DNA of 63,183 nt, the filler included, from Licmophora abbreviata (Eukaryota), in NCBI GenBank assembly GCA_900291995.1. It is 4 parts of 4 records of this genome, joined end to end, with 100 filler letters (N's around TTAATTAATTAA, not from the genome) between each part and the next. Parts side by side here need not be neighbours in the genome. Positions count along the whole stretch, not along the records: positions 1 to 16,885 come from OLMU01003052.1; positions 16,986 to 36,304 come from OLMU01003055.1; 2 more parts are not named here. The stretch is one strand, 5' to 3'. Positions 11,321 through 23,060 of this stretch are shown here, piece after piece; positions within the stretch are counted from its first letter, which is position 1; each line of letters opens with the position of its first letter. Below the pieces are notes generated by a model. The model saw only the letters and a program-made list of their open reading frames with translations, had not been told where the DNA came from and did not search any database. Made by a program: the position numbers and the translations under genes.

Positions 11321-12574
11321 ATGTCTGCTATGATCGAGGAAGACTATCGCATTGCCTTGTACTACAGCTATGTGAAGATTTCGGATCTTCCCGAGCACAT
11401 CGCGTGGCACACGGAGCTGTGTCGTTCACTTGGTCTTTTCGGACGCGTCCGAGTCTCTCTCGAGGGCATCAATGGCGTGCTGAGTGGATTGCAAACTAGT
11501 TTGATCGAGTACGAGCAGAAGCTAAGTTTCTCGCTAGGATTTCAGTCGCCAGAGCAACTCGACGTCAAATACTGTAAGCTGCGGCCGGACCTGGCGGTCG
11601 AAGTGCAGCTGTTTGACACTCTGACAGTCAAGGCCACACCGGAAGTCATAAGTTTGTTCAATCCAAATGAGAATCAATCCCACATTACATCAAAGAGAAG
11701 GAGACGACGAAGAAAAGTAAAAGTGATGGACGATCAGGCAGATGGTGATTGTCCAGTCATGGATAAGGCCTCCCCACAAAGCATTGCGGCCATCAAGAAA
11801 CCACAAAATCTCGATTCCTATCCGGCTGCCCCTCATCTGACACCTCGCGAATGGCACGATCGACTTGCATCCTCATCCGACGACGTGGTTCTGATCGACG
11901 CGCGGAATGTTTACGAGAGCAACGTCGGTCGTTTCGAAGCCAAGGGTGCCACGACGCTCCTCACCAACACGCGCAAGTATGCCTCACTCCCCGACGTCCT
12001 CCAGCACTACAAGTCCGAGCTTTCCGACAAGCACGTCATGATGTACTGTACGGGAGGTATACGATGCGAGCGGGCGTCTGCGTACTTGCAACAAGTCGTG
12101 GAGTGCGACTGGGATCCGGAGGTCTTGCCTCCTCGAGGGATATATCAGCTGGAGGGTGGTATCCAGCGATATCTCGAGCAATACGGAACATCAGGGAACG
12201 ATGATTCTAGTAGCGGCGACATTGAGAATGACAGCCACAGTCGTTCGTCTTCTTCCATGTGTTTGTACAAAGGGAAGAATTTTGTCTTTGATCCGAGGCG
12301 GACCGATCCCATGCATGGCCGGGACGTGGCAGGTCGGTGCTTGTTGTGCGATACGCCCCATGACGACTATGACAATGGATATGCTCCCAACGAAAACAAG
12401 GAAGCACGCTGTAGTCGATGTCGGGTGCTGGTGCTGGTGTGTAACGAGTGTCGATCGAATGTACGAGCATGGGGAGAACACAAGGAGGACTCATTCCCGT
12501 CTCTATACTGTGGGAGGACAGAGTGTGTCGATCAAGGTAATTCATTGGATCAAGCAGTTTTGTTGCAGTCCTAG
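11321..12574 (+). CDS. Rhodanese-domain protein, TrhO/YceA (UPF0176)/TSTD2 family
   Basis: LYYSY, GRVRVSLEGINGVLSG, IDARNVYESNVGRF, MYCTGGIRCERAS, YQLEGGIQRY, GKNFVFDPR and C-terminal Cys cluster; start may be upstream (11141). Confidence 0.9.
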   Translation: MSAMIEEDYRIALYYSYVKISDLPEHIAWHTELCRSLGLFGRVRVSLEGINGVLSGLQTSLIEYEQKLSFSLGFQSPEQLDVKYCKLRPDLAVEVQLFDTLTVKATPEVISLFNPNENQSHITSKRRRRRRKVKVMDDQADGDCPVMDKASPQSIAAIKKPQNLDSYPAAPHLTPREWHDRLASSSDDVVLIDARNVYESNVGRFEAKGATTLLTNTRKYASLPDVLQHYKSELSDKHVMMYCTGGIRCERASAYLQQVVECDWDPEVLPPRGIYQLEGGIQRYLEQYGTSGNDDSSSGDIENDSHSRSSSSMCLYKGKNFVFDPRRTDPMHGRDVAGRCLLCDTPHDDYDNGYAPNENKEARCSRCRVLVLVCNECRSNVRAWGEHKEDSFPSLYCGRTECVDQGNSLDQAVLLQS

Positions 12575-12707
12575 AGGGACCAAGCAGCGGGATCGCGAGG
12601 GTTGGTTCTTTTGATCTACCTCCTATGAGTGCAAAGGTGCAAAGTGATCGGAACTGCATGACCATGTCAATTTGGTTGCTCGTGCCTTCTACTACGATGC
12701 GACTTTA

Positions 12708-12787
12708 CGTACGACGTAGTCAAGAGACTTCCAATCAAATTTTCAGGCGTACGACATTGTCAAGAGACTTCCAATCCAGTTTCTGAC
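12708..12787. repeat. Imperfect tandem duplication, 2 x 40 bp
   Basis: CGTACGACnnnGTCAAGAGACTTCCAATC repeated at 12708 and 12748 between convergent gene ends. Confidence 0.85.
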
Positions 12788-12848
12788 TCAAAAGGGTTTG
12801 TCTTCAATCATCAAGTGTCACACGTCGGCATTGCGCGGCTATCTAAGT

Positions 12849-15800
12849 CTATCTTTTAAGAGTGCGCTGCTTCTCAGCAGCCACTACCGTTCTGCTTGAA
12901 TCCACTAACAAGCCTTTTCGATCGCGAACTTTTCGTATGTACACGAGCGCGGTATTATCCAAACCAGTAGAGATATCACCGTTCACAATGATCTCACCGA
13001 AATCCTCGCGTTCCTCCAGCGACGTTGGAATCCAGAAAGGGTCCTCCTCCAGCCGTTCCCACTTCAGAAACGTTAGCTCAGGAACCGTCACTTCACCACT
13101 AGTCTTTGCCAACAGCTCTGGAGTCAGCCGAAACGACTCCGCCTGTGGGAGAGTCGCGGTGATGAGCAACAAGTCGGTGCCTTCCACCATGGAGTCTTCC
13201 AGGACTTTTCCACGTCGCCGAGATAGCACGCCATACAAAGATCCAAGACCTGCCAGTGACGAGTGAAGCGTCAGCTTCAAATGACTTTCCATCAGTCTGG
13301 CCGGTCTTGAAAGGAGTGCACAGCGGATTCCCTGCCGAAGAGCAGCAACTACCATCCCGCCACTCAACGGTTTGCTGCTCACAAGAGAATCGCCACGAGA
13401 CTGAAGAGCGACTTCGAAGCTTTCGAGAACGACAAGGACACCACGGATCGGCTCTTCACAGAGCGGGCCTGACCTCATCGCCATTTGAAATCCTGCAACA
13501 GCTGATCCACGCATTTTTGATGCCCATAAGTCCCCAGCGACAGCAGTTGGCTCGTCAAGAGGATTCGTGTGGTAATCGACTGGGCCAAGGAGTCCTCCAT
13601 TTTGTATGCGATCAAGAACTTCTTCATACTGTTCCTTTCCAGTAGTGGGGGCCTCAATTTGGTTGCTAGCTTCTTTGGACGGCAAATAAACTTCGTCCCC
13701 AAGAACGCTTGCCACACAGGATCCATTCGCAAGTCCTTTCGTTTCTAGAATTGCGTTTCCACCATTGTCCAAGTAGCAGAGTGTTTCCAAGAGTGTGTCC
13801 AAGACCTCTTTTGCTGTCTGCAACTTTCCAGAGCAACCCAGCGCCTCACCGAGACGCATAATCTCGCCCTCGCTTCCCTCGACTATATTGCGGTCCTTCA
13901 GGCTCAGGTGAACACATTCTACCAATGGAACGACCCGAAGTCCAACTGCGGCAAGCCGACCAGAAATAATCGCTCGCATTCTACCACGGTGGGCAAAGCG
14001 AACACCTTCTTCCTCACAGTAGGGCGGAATCATCGTCTGTCGAAGAGGCGACGCACTACGATCAGCAGAGAAGCCGGCATAGTCAGAAATCTCTGTTTCA
14101 AACCAGTCCGTCGTCTCGCCGAACTCCACAATTGGATCCGAGATTCGCAGCTCCATCTCTTTGCCGCAATAAATATTTTGGAGGTCGAGAATTGATTGTT
14201 CCAGATGAATCTCACCCAGACATGCCAGTATACGCTCGCCTTTGGCAGTGGCCGTCACCTCGACAGCCGCGTCTGCTAAACTAAGCTTGATCAGACCCCG
14301 CTCGAGGGCATCTGTGTCGGAGGCATTGATCGGCTCGACATTGACTTTTACCAATGGTCGAATCCCCCGGTCGAAACCTTGCAGTGGCATCCCTTCCGGA
14401 CTTTCGCACAATGTCACAGTCTTAAGTTGCAACTCTTCCAAGCCGTACACAGCACATAGATGACCCGCCGGTACTTCGTCAACACGGACAAACGATGACC
14501 CCATGAGAAGGTATAGTCTTATCTTTCGCGTCGATTCGGAGGATCTAAACGTGTGTTTTGGACCCATCCAGAAGTAAGAGTCGTCGGTTCGTAGTGTCCC
14601 ACATAGTACGCGCGCTACCCCCAGAATCAGGTGCGTCTGCTCTTTTGGATCCATCAACAGTTCTGAATCACGAATACAACTGGGGTCGGTCGATACAAAC
14701 TTTCCAACGTGCGCCACCGCGGACCCCGATGGATCGCACGCTTTACAGCCGATTGGATCACACGAAAACCATCCGTCGCTGATGCCACCTCTGGCTCTCG
14801 CAGGGCCAAAGCTCGTGTGCGTACCTTTCCCACGGCGACGTCCGGCGAAGGCCCATGCTCGCACACAGCATCCAAAACACAACTGCTGAGCGGTCGATAT
14901 CTCCGTAACAGTGACCGCAGTACCGCTACTTCTGTCGACGAACCAGTGTTGTTCAAAATCTCCTGAAGCGCATCAAGTGATGCAGGAATATTATTTTTGG
15001 ATCCGGTGCCTCCCACTTGCATGGCTGTCAACACATTTTCCATCCCAGGAGCACTGCTGTTCAGTTTCGCCTCCTTTGGGGAGTCCGTTGTGCCACCATT
15101 CGTGTCGTGATTGCCGTACTGACTGGTTGTACCATACGACGCTCTTCCGTCTGCAAAGAGCTCCGATCCCACTCCCGTCGCTACTGCCGCGGATGCCACA
15201 CCTTCGTACATGTCCCAGATCGGCCGGAGTGCATACATGGCAAACAACGGCAACTCGTCGTCGTTCTGCTTCCACTTCAAAAGTTTGCCCTCTCTGTACT
15301 TAAAATCACCAAAGAAGTACTGCTTCAGCACCAATGGCTTGATCGCAATGACTTTGGAACGAAATAAGGTTCTGGCGAGAGAAGGTACCGTAAACCCCCA
15401 ACCATGGTAGGCAGAAGCAAACACTACATTTCCTTGGGATGGATCAAACGTCCATCGCTTCTCCTGTTCTGTGGGAGCAGTTTCATCCGGATCATCGTCA
15501 CCCGCACTAGATCCATCGAAGGCTTTATCGTGTTGCCTTTCGTGTTCATCATCGGCACTTTTGGATACCAACATGGCTGCCGTCGCTGCGTTGACCGATT
15601 CCACCAAGTTTCGTAACCGCCCATAGGCTTCTATTGGAGTCAAGCACAAATCTGTACACAGTCGATCGACCTTGTTCAATACGAGGATAGGCACCAGCTC
15701 GTGTACATAGGCCTCGCGTAAAACTTGATGTGTTCGTGCACACATGCCCTCGACGACATCAATGACCAACAAGGTAGCATCACAGCAGAGCAAGGCGGAA

Positions 15801-16111
15801 CTAACTTCCGGGGCAAAATCAGTATGTCCCGGAGAATCCAAGAGGTGCAGTACCATGGACTGTTGCGGTGCCTTTGCACTGGCTTGATAACTATGTCGTA
15901 GTCCAATAGCAGAAGTTCGCATGGTAATACCTCGGCGCTGTTCTTCCTCCATGCTGTCGAGATACCGTAACGTTCCCGCCAGACGTTCGGAGATGATGCC
16001 ATTGGCTTCAATCAGATTGTCCGCCAGGGACGTCTTTCCGTGGTCCACTTGAGCAATGATGGTCACCAGCCTTGCTTGAGGAGGAGGTGGAAAGATGGAC
16101 GAAGATGACAT
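12849..16111 (-). CDS. EFL1: Elongation factor-like GTPase 1 (Ria1); 1-nt frame break at ~14743
   Basis: AQVDHGKT, RYLDS.EEEQRRGITM, DSPGHTDF, NKVD, GEIHLE, GPLCEEP, DPFWIPTSLEEREDFG and the EFL1-type ending AEKQRTLKR; the two ORFs join if one A is added (VK-ACDP). Confidence 0.93.
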
Positions 16112-16443
16112 GTTGGTGGCTGATTTTATTTGAACTTGATTCGTGCCAAACAAAATCCCATGGTGCCGGTACTAAACGATCGCTGCATTTCCAACAATTG
16201 AAATTGGTGGCCGTCCAAAGGCACGATTCAGATGGCTGCGGGCCCGATTGACATTTTCAGGTGCGCACTGAGGAGCGCCAAACCTGTGAGCGGCGTTGCC
16301 CGCGCGCAGCCAACGTCATTCGACCAAATTCAATACTATGAACCATGACGATACGAAGATGCATGGAATGTGTTAGACGACTAGATACATGCCTATACTC
16401 CTCGCCCAAACTGTGATAAAAGCATCGATTGCATCACCCAACT

Positions 16444-16885
16444 ATGCAGGACGCTCGAACCGACGACATTCCAGTGGCCGCCAAGAATGCAGTGCCCGTA
16501 AAAGGGGAAAATGAGCCTGTCGCGTCTTCCTCATCGTGCAACATCACTCCGCCTTCAAGTCGAAACACGCAAAGCAGCAGCGTAGTAGCGCTCGACCTGG
16601 ATGGAACGTTGTTGAACAGCAACCATGTCGTTTCGAGTGCCACCAAAGCGTACTTGCACAAGCTGCATACGCAAAACAACACGACCGTAATGATCGCCAC
16701 GGGTCGAGCCGCTCCCAGTGTCTACTCGACGATTGTTGCTCTGAACCTGCCGACTCCCATGCCGGTGATTTGCTCGAACGGATCTAGAGGATTCTTGTGC
16801 CAACCAGATGCAACGTGCGAGACTACAGGAGTGCGGATTGTAAAATAACTCTTTTCCGTCCCCGTTCCGAAATCCATCACGGAAC
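16444..16885 (+). CDS. Cof-type HAD hydrolase (3' truncated by spacer; in-frame TAA at 16846)
   Basis: VVALDLDGTLLN, IATGRA and ICSNG motifs; frame continues LFSVPVPKSITE after the TAA. Confidence 0.8.
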
Positions 16886-16985
16886 NNNNNNNNNNNNNNN
16901 NNNNNNNNNNNNNNNNNNNNNNNNNNNNNTTAATTAATTAANNNNNNNNNNNNNNNNNNNNNNNNNNNNNNNNNNNNNNNNNNNN
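16886..16985. other. Artificial contig spacer
   Basis: N-run flanking TTAATTAATTAA (stops in all six frames), 100 nt. Confidence 0.97.
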
Positions 16986-17052
16986 TCGCATTTTCATCCA
17001 CTCTCTCGACATTATCATCGCGACAGCGCTTTGTGTTCGCTCTACAAACACC

Positions 17053-19778
17053 ATGGTGGAATTTGGACTCAAATTAGAAGACAACAAGGTATCGGAATGG
17101 TCTGACAAGTATATAGATTACGAAAAACTGAAGTCTTTATTGACCAAGGCCAAGAGCGCGTCGAACAAGTACAATGATTTGAGCAAGCGCAAGCCGGATC
17201 TCGCAAAGGATATTCGAGCCGCCTACAAGGCTGGGAAAGGACCCTTGAACGAAGTCACACCAAGATCCTCCCGAGTCTCTCTCACGGCACTGGTGGAAGA
17301 GGAAAATGAAAATGATGCTACTGCTAGTAGTAATAATCAAGAACAATTGGTAGATCATGTCCCCTCTCCCCAAGCCGAACGCGAAGTCCTGCTGCAACGA
17401 AACAAGGAAAAGTACGGCAGTCAAGAGTCCCTGTATGGAGATCCGCCGTCCGACTCCATGCGGAGTGGTGGTAGAGGAGGAGAAGAGGCGTCTCTTTCGA
17501 GTACCTTGCGTCGAGCCATGACGGGCGTCTCAACCTACTTTTCCAACAGCAAGTACGAACACCGCATTCGAGAATCTCTAGCGGAAATTGACGAGTGTCA
17601 CGTGCGATTTGGAGAGTGTCTAGTGAAAGAGGTGAGTCCAGGTGGCGTTTGGGAATTTCTGGGAGGCTCCAATGAATCTTGAGTAATGTGTCTCATCTCG
17701 TCGTCGTGTTGCCGCGCTACAGTTTGCCAAAGTCAATGGATTCTATCAGGAGAAGCACGATGAGCTTGAGAAACGGCTTCACGTGCTTGTAGAGAGTGTC
17801 ATGGAATCCTCTCAGTCATCGTCGCATTCCCTAGAGCAGTCCCCGCTTCATTCGCCGAGACGACTCATTGGTAGTGGGGTCGGAAAAGTCTTGCGATCGA
17901 GCATTCGGGGCATGGTCATGAAAGATAGCAGCATGTCCTGGGGCACTTTAGATCCGTACGATGAGGAAGAGATAGAAGGGCACGAGGGAATCTATCGCGA
18001 ATCTGATTCCATTCAGCGAGCCATTACCGATCTGTACCGAACATCGAAACTGCTGCACAATTTTGTAATTATGAACTACACGGGATTCGTCAAGATCATC
18101 AAAAAACATGACAAGACGTTCTCCGATTACAAGGGTGACTTTGCCACCATGACGAAAGAGTCAGAAGTGTGTCACGGAGGCGACAGCATCGAAATACTAT
18201 CATCCCGGATGGAACGCCTGTTTGCGGACTGGTTTTGCGACCGAAACCTCTTGCAGGCTCGTGCTCAGTTGCTCCCCAAACGAGGCGACGGCTTGCAGAT
18301 GGACTGGTCGCAGCTCCGACTTGGATACCGAATGGGCATGTGCGCCATTCTTGGTCTTTGGGTCTGTTGGGACTGTATCTGGGGACTGTATAAGAAAGGA
18401 GAGTCAACCATAGGCGGACGAACGGCGTTTCCGGTGTTCCGTGGATTGGGTGGCCTTTTGCTTCTACATTGGTGCTGGGGCTTTAGCGTGTACACCTGGA
18501 CTCGCTTTCGGATCAACTACATTTATCTGTTTGACTTCAATCCGAGGACTGTCGCAAGTCCCATTGCAATCTTTAACGATGCCGTCGATGAAACATTTGT
18601 ATTTCTCGTGTGCATGCTCCTGTACTACAAGGTAAACAAGAGGATTCTGATGGACTGGATGCGTCTGCTGATCCGGGCCAACGAACCTGTTCTCATTATC
18701 ATTCTGCATTTTCCTACAGTCTGGTGCACACGACGTACCGCAGTTTGTGCCAGCAGGCGTATATCCATTCTTGCTTGTCCTCTTTACCATTCGAAATCTT
18801 ATCTTTCCCTTGAGGACAAGGGCCCCGCTCTGGCAGACAATACGTGAGGTCGTCACAACTCCCTTGTCTTCACCTCAATTTTTTGCAACCTATGTTGCTG
18901 ATGTCTTCACTAGTATGGTAAAAGTGTTTCAGGATATCGCATGGACGATTGGATTTGTTGTTTCTGGCGATTTTTTTCTCTCGGAGGACGACCTGGATTC
19001 TTCGTCAGCTCATGAATGGGAGCGTTCGATATGGTACAAGAACGTACTGATCCCACTCATCTGTCTCCTGCCCCTGTGGTTCCGATTCAACCAATGTCTC
19101 CGTCGCTACCTTGACACTGGCAAGCGTTCACCCAACTTGCCCAACGCTTTCAAGTACGCCATGTCTCAGACCGTGACTCTATTTGGCGCCTTTCATCCTC
19201 TCTATCTTGTGTACGCAGAAGGACACATACGGAGCGACGACTATTTTCATTTCTTCTGGATGGCCCTATTTGTAGCCTCCTCACTTTACAGCTTTACTTG
19301 GGACGTGGTGATGGATTGGGGACTCGGAAGACCCAGTTTTGGCTTTCTTGGTCCTCGTCTCATGTTTCCCTACCGCTCTTCGTACTACGCAGTCATCGCA
19401 GTCGACCTAGTCCTTCGTTTCATGTGGGTGCTTACGTTGATTCCACCTCAATCCGGCGCACAGTTTGAGTTACCTCAGTACCTGACGGCAGTCAGCATGT
19501 CTCTTGAGATTGTTCGAAGAACGATATGGGGTTTTCTACGCCTGGAGAATGAACACCGTACCAACACGGGACAATACCGACGGGTCGACTTTGTTCCATT
19601 GCACTTCAACACGGGGCATTCGCACAAATACAAGGGAGAGCGCGAGCATGTTGGATGGTCGGTCTTGGGCGAAGTCGCAGGAGTGAGCTTGTTGGTGGTG
19701 ACGGTCAGTGTGTTTAGTGTAGTTGCTGCGCAACGGTCCGCACAGAGCATGTTGACAGGCGGTGGTCGTGATCTGTAA
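17053..19778 (+). CDS. SPX-EXS phosphate exporter, XPR1/SYG1/PHO1 family (introns 17632-17720 and 18632-18718)
   Basis: MVEFG..W.DKYIDYEKLK, NYTGFVKIIKKHDK, INYIYLFDF, ADVFTSMVKVFQD, RFNQCLRRY, WDVVMDWGL, RRTIWGFLRLENEH. Confidence 0.94.
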
Positions 19779-20005
19779 TTGGAATAGCTACTTTGTCGCA
19801 TCCTTTATCGGATAGGCATATGCTTGTTATTGAGTTACATTGAATAGATTGCTACTACGTTGTTATGAATAGGCGGAAGTTTTACAAGAGAGGATCGAAC
19901 ATAACTTCAAATATGGGAATCGGGAATGTCACATGAACCGCCTACACTACGACCCACACACAGGCGAAAGTCGCACAGTGGCGACCATGGGATGCCTTGA
20001 TGCGT

Positions 20006-20722
20006 CTACGCCGCAGCGGATTCTCCATTGTCGTTGTCGGTACATGATCCACTCTCCACTGTGGCAAAGGAATTGAGTTTTGCAGTACGACGGAGTCTCT
20101 TGTCCACCCAGGTTGTCGCGTCGAAAGCCGTCTGCTCGATGACGTCCCGTATGTTCTGAAGCTGCGGGGAGTGATACTGGATGTAGCTCGCAATGGGCCG
20201 AGGGTAGCGATCGAAGATTATCGGCAGTTCACGCTCATGCTGGGCGTGTATAGCGTGTAACGCCATGCTATGTTGGGCTCTCATAGTAAGAATAAGATAC
20301 GTGTTGAGACAGTTCCAAAAAAGCACGGCAAAGAGCAAGATGACAAGGCCAACGCCGGACCGCTGCTCCTCCATCTTTTGCACCAAGCTCCCGCCGACCT
20401 GTCGACATTCAACCGCAATGGACTGTAATGTGGTCAGCGTAACTGACGCTGCCGTCGTGATGGTCTGCATCGTGGGACGCTCTGGCCGTGCCTTGGTAGA
20501 GACAGCGGGGGCTGTCTGACGATTGTCTCGATTGTCGCCGACGGCGGTGCTGGCCTTGCCCAATGCCCTACCATCGCCTGAAGGGGGGAGAGAGTCGTCA
20601 TCGGATATAGACAGGTGAGAGTTTTCCATGCTTCGACCGATATCCTCAAAGCTACAGATGCTGTGCTCGTTGGAAGCACCGAGCGGAGATGTCCCGGTGA
20701 AATCTCCTGTACTGTCTTCCAT
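20006..20722 (-). CDS. Hypothetical single-pass membrane protein
   Basis: 238-aa ORF with one hydrophobic segment GVGLVILLFAVLFWNCLNTYLIL; no recognised family. Confidence 0.55.
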   Translation of the reverse strand: MEDSTGDFTGTSPLGASNEHSICSFEDIGRSMENSHLSISDDDSLPPSGDGRALGKASTAVGDNRDNRQTAPAVSTKARPERPTMQTITTAASVTLTTLQSIAVECRQVGGSLVQKMEEQRSGVGLVILLFAVLFWNCLNTYLILTMRAQHSMALHAIHAQHERELPIIFDRYPRPIASYIQYHSPQLQNIRDVIEQTAFDATTWVDKRLRRTAKLNSFATVESGSCTDNDNGESAAA

Positions 20723-21191
20723 GTGGACGTCGGAGGCTCAATACGGACTCCGCGATGTGCCTGGCGAAGAATGAGACTTGTTTTAGCTTGTTTCTTGCCT
20801 GTGATGAGGAGTGGAGCTGGAAGACTCCGTGTTCTTGCAGAAGTACTGCATGACTGCGTCGGCGTGTGAATCGCTCAGCAACAATCAACCGACCATGTGT
20901 ATCGTTTGGGATACATATGATGCACGTGAGAACATCACGCATGCGACGCGGACATGACGCTGGAACGAGATGAACGGACTTCAGTGTGAATATCGAATTA
21001 TCAAGCGCGCAACGCTCAGACTCATAAACACCGGTACGGGAAAGTCTGAGTTTTCTGTGAATTTTTGTTCCTTTGGTAAGGCGTCGACTCCATCAAAGAT
21101 CACAGTGATGGAACAACTCTGCTTCACCCTTATTTCACTTTTTTTGAGATCCTCGGTTTGCTCTGACTGTGTAGCGTTTTGATTGAAGAAG

Positions 21192-22799
21192 ATGAGCACT
21201 GGCGAGAAGCGCAAGTCGCATGAACTTCAAACGATCGCTCATCTCAACGGCGTTGCGAAGCATGACGATCATGCAGTGTCAGGAAAACGCCATCGAACTG
21301 AGACCAACTTTCTTTTTGCCCATTGCACCAAGGAAGCATCTCCATCGTGTGCAGCAACCGAGCAATCCCCTAGGAGGGGCACAACCTATGCCTTCTCCAC
21401 GTCATCCTTGTTTGTGAAGTTTAACCAGTCGGTTAAGGACATTGTTGGCGAGCACAACACCGTTTGCGAGCTTTGCGGAGACGAGGGACACTTGGTACTG
21501 TGCTCAACGTGCACGCTTAGTTTCCATCTCAACTGTCTCCCAAAAACTACCATTAAGCCCGAATGTAAGTGACGAAGCTGTGTGTAGAAGGTCGTGTACA
21601 GTATTGACGTTCACGTAATCGAGATGCGGTTCTGTATGTTTCAATCGCCAGATGGCAAAGAATGGCGCTGTGCCTACTGCCTTAGCCTAGGCATTTGTCG
21701 TTCCAACTGCACACAGGAACAGCGTGCAGCGTTATCGGTCGCACTTGATTTTGATCGGATCAAACTCGAAAATAAGGTCCAGTCTCTCACTTCACGCATG
21801 GTCCATGGTGCCGAGAACATGAGCGACAAAATTCTGCACGCGTCCTCTTCTCCGCGACGCTCGAATACCAAGAGTGCAACTCCGGCGGACAAGACTCCCA
21901 TTGTCGAAGATACGTTGCAGTCTAACCCTTCTGGGAATGGTCCCATTACCAAGAACGAGAGCAAGAAAATGCAAGACGTCCCGCCTTCGCCACCTGGAAG
22001 CTCGGATACCAAGAGCATGACGCAGGCAGACAAGACGCCACCTGTCAAAGTTGTGGTTCACCCTCTGATTTCTTTTCACTCCCGGCCTTTTACCGACAAC
22101 GAGTCTATGGATAGTTTCCGTAACGACAATGATGATTGTCCCGACAACGAGGAACATGAACCCGTTGACAAGAAGCATCTATTGACTGGTTTGATCACCT
22201 GCTTTGCCATCTGTTGCGCAGGCAACATCCTCGTGGCCTCGAATGACATAGTGAGTACTGTGAACAAGTTTTTTCTAACACCGTTACTCGAAATCTCACC
22301 CCTGAGATCAATCGTCCGATTCTATATGCAGCTCAACGGACCGAAACAGTTCGACACGTATCGGGTACTCCTGGCAGCTACAGTTGGCGCACTCCACGTC
22401 CCGCTTGGCTACTCATTCTACCTACTTCTCGATGCTTTTTTACAAGCGAATTGGATGGCCAATATCAAACTCCCCGTAGCGCAATTTTTGCTGTACCCAG
22501 TGTTACTTGCTGTACGCATTATTATGATGGGCAACTTTGCGCAACACGGCGAACCCCAAGCCTCGGTCGCGTCCTTTCCTTTATTGTGGACGTGTCTCGA
22601 GCAGGGAGTTGCTACCGCTGCTTGTGTTTCGATCCCGATGTCTGGCTTCTCCTTTGTTCTGGCCAGTGTTGTCCGGAGCCGAGGTCTCACAGTTCCGGCG
22701 CCCCTCGTGGCGTTCGTCAACAGCACGGAGTTCAGCCTCTTTTCCATTTATGCCACCGAGGTTTGCGTCGCCTGTTTGTTTGGTGAACGCGCCTCGTGA
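21192..22799 (+). CDS. PHD finger fused to divergent Mpv17/PMP22-like membrane domain (intron 21565-21651)
   Basis: Spliced C4HC3 finger CELC..LVLCSTC..FHLNC..WRCAYC; C-terminal hydrophobic region HLLTGLITCFAICCAGNIL...FDTYRVLLAATVGALHVPLGYSFYLLLD. Confidence 0.65.
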
Positions 22800-23060
22800 T
22801 AGCTCAGCATATTGTTGGAAGATATTTTAGTAGCATGCATGTCAGTTGATCTTCTCTGCTAATGTACCAGTTCTTTTGCCTACTTTCCTCTCTCACACGC
22901 TCCGTCAACGAAACCGAATTTGAAACCTTGGACATGGGTTTTCTGCCCTCGTAGCTCGCATGTGTGAGTCAAGAAGGGAATCTGGAATGCTCAAACACAG
23001 TTTCCTTCGTGTGCGATCCTTTTCGCATGTCACTTTTACGCCGTACGAACACGATCGACC

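Noticed and set aside
12708..12787. CRISPR-like repeat-spacer
   Set aside because: Only two units, no true spacer, eukaryotic context and no cas genes
14735..14750. Programmed frameshifting or pseudogenisation in EFL1, and likewise COG4 (~33695), SWR1 (~53021, ~53436) and the JmjC gene (~55300)
   Set aside because: Each break is repaired by one base in a 2-3 nt homopolymer, the directions are mixed, no shared slippery heptamer or adjacent stop is seen, and several genes are normally essential. Assembly error is the simplest explanation; read mapping would settle it
16846..16848. In-frame TAA in the HAD gene as stop-codon readthrough or an alternative genetic code
   Set aside because: Single case about 40 nt from a contig end and one substitution from GAA/CAA; TAA terminates other genes here normally
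16886..16985. Recurring TTAATTAATTAA palindrome (also 36305-36404 and 46734-46833)
   Set aside because: Embedded in fixed-length N-runs; a synthetic spacer
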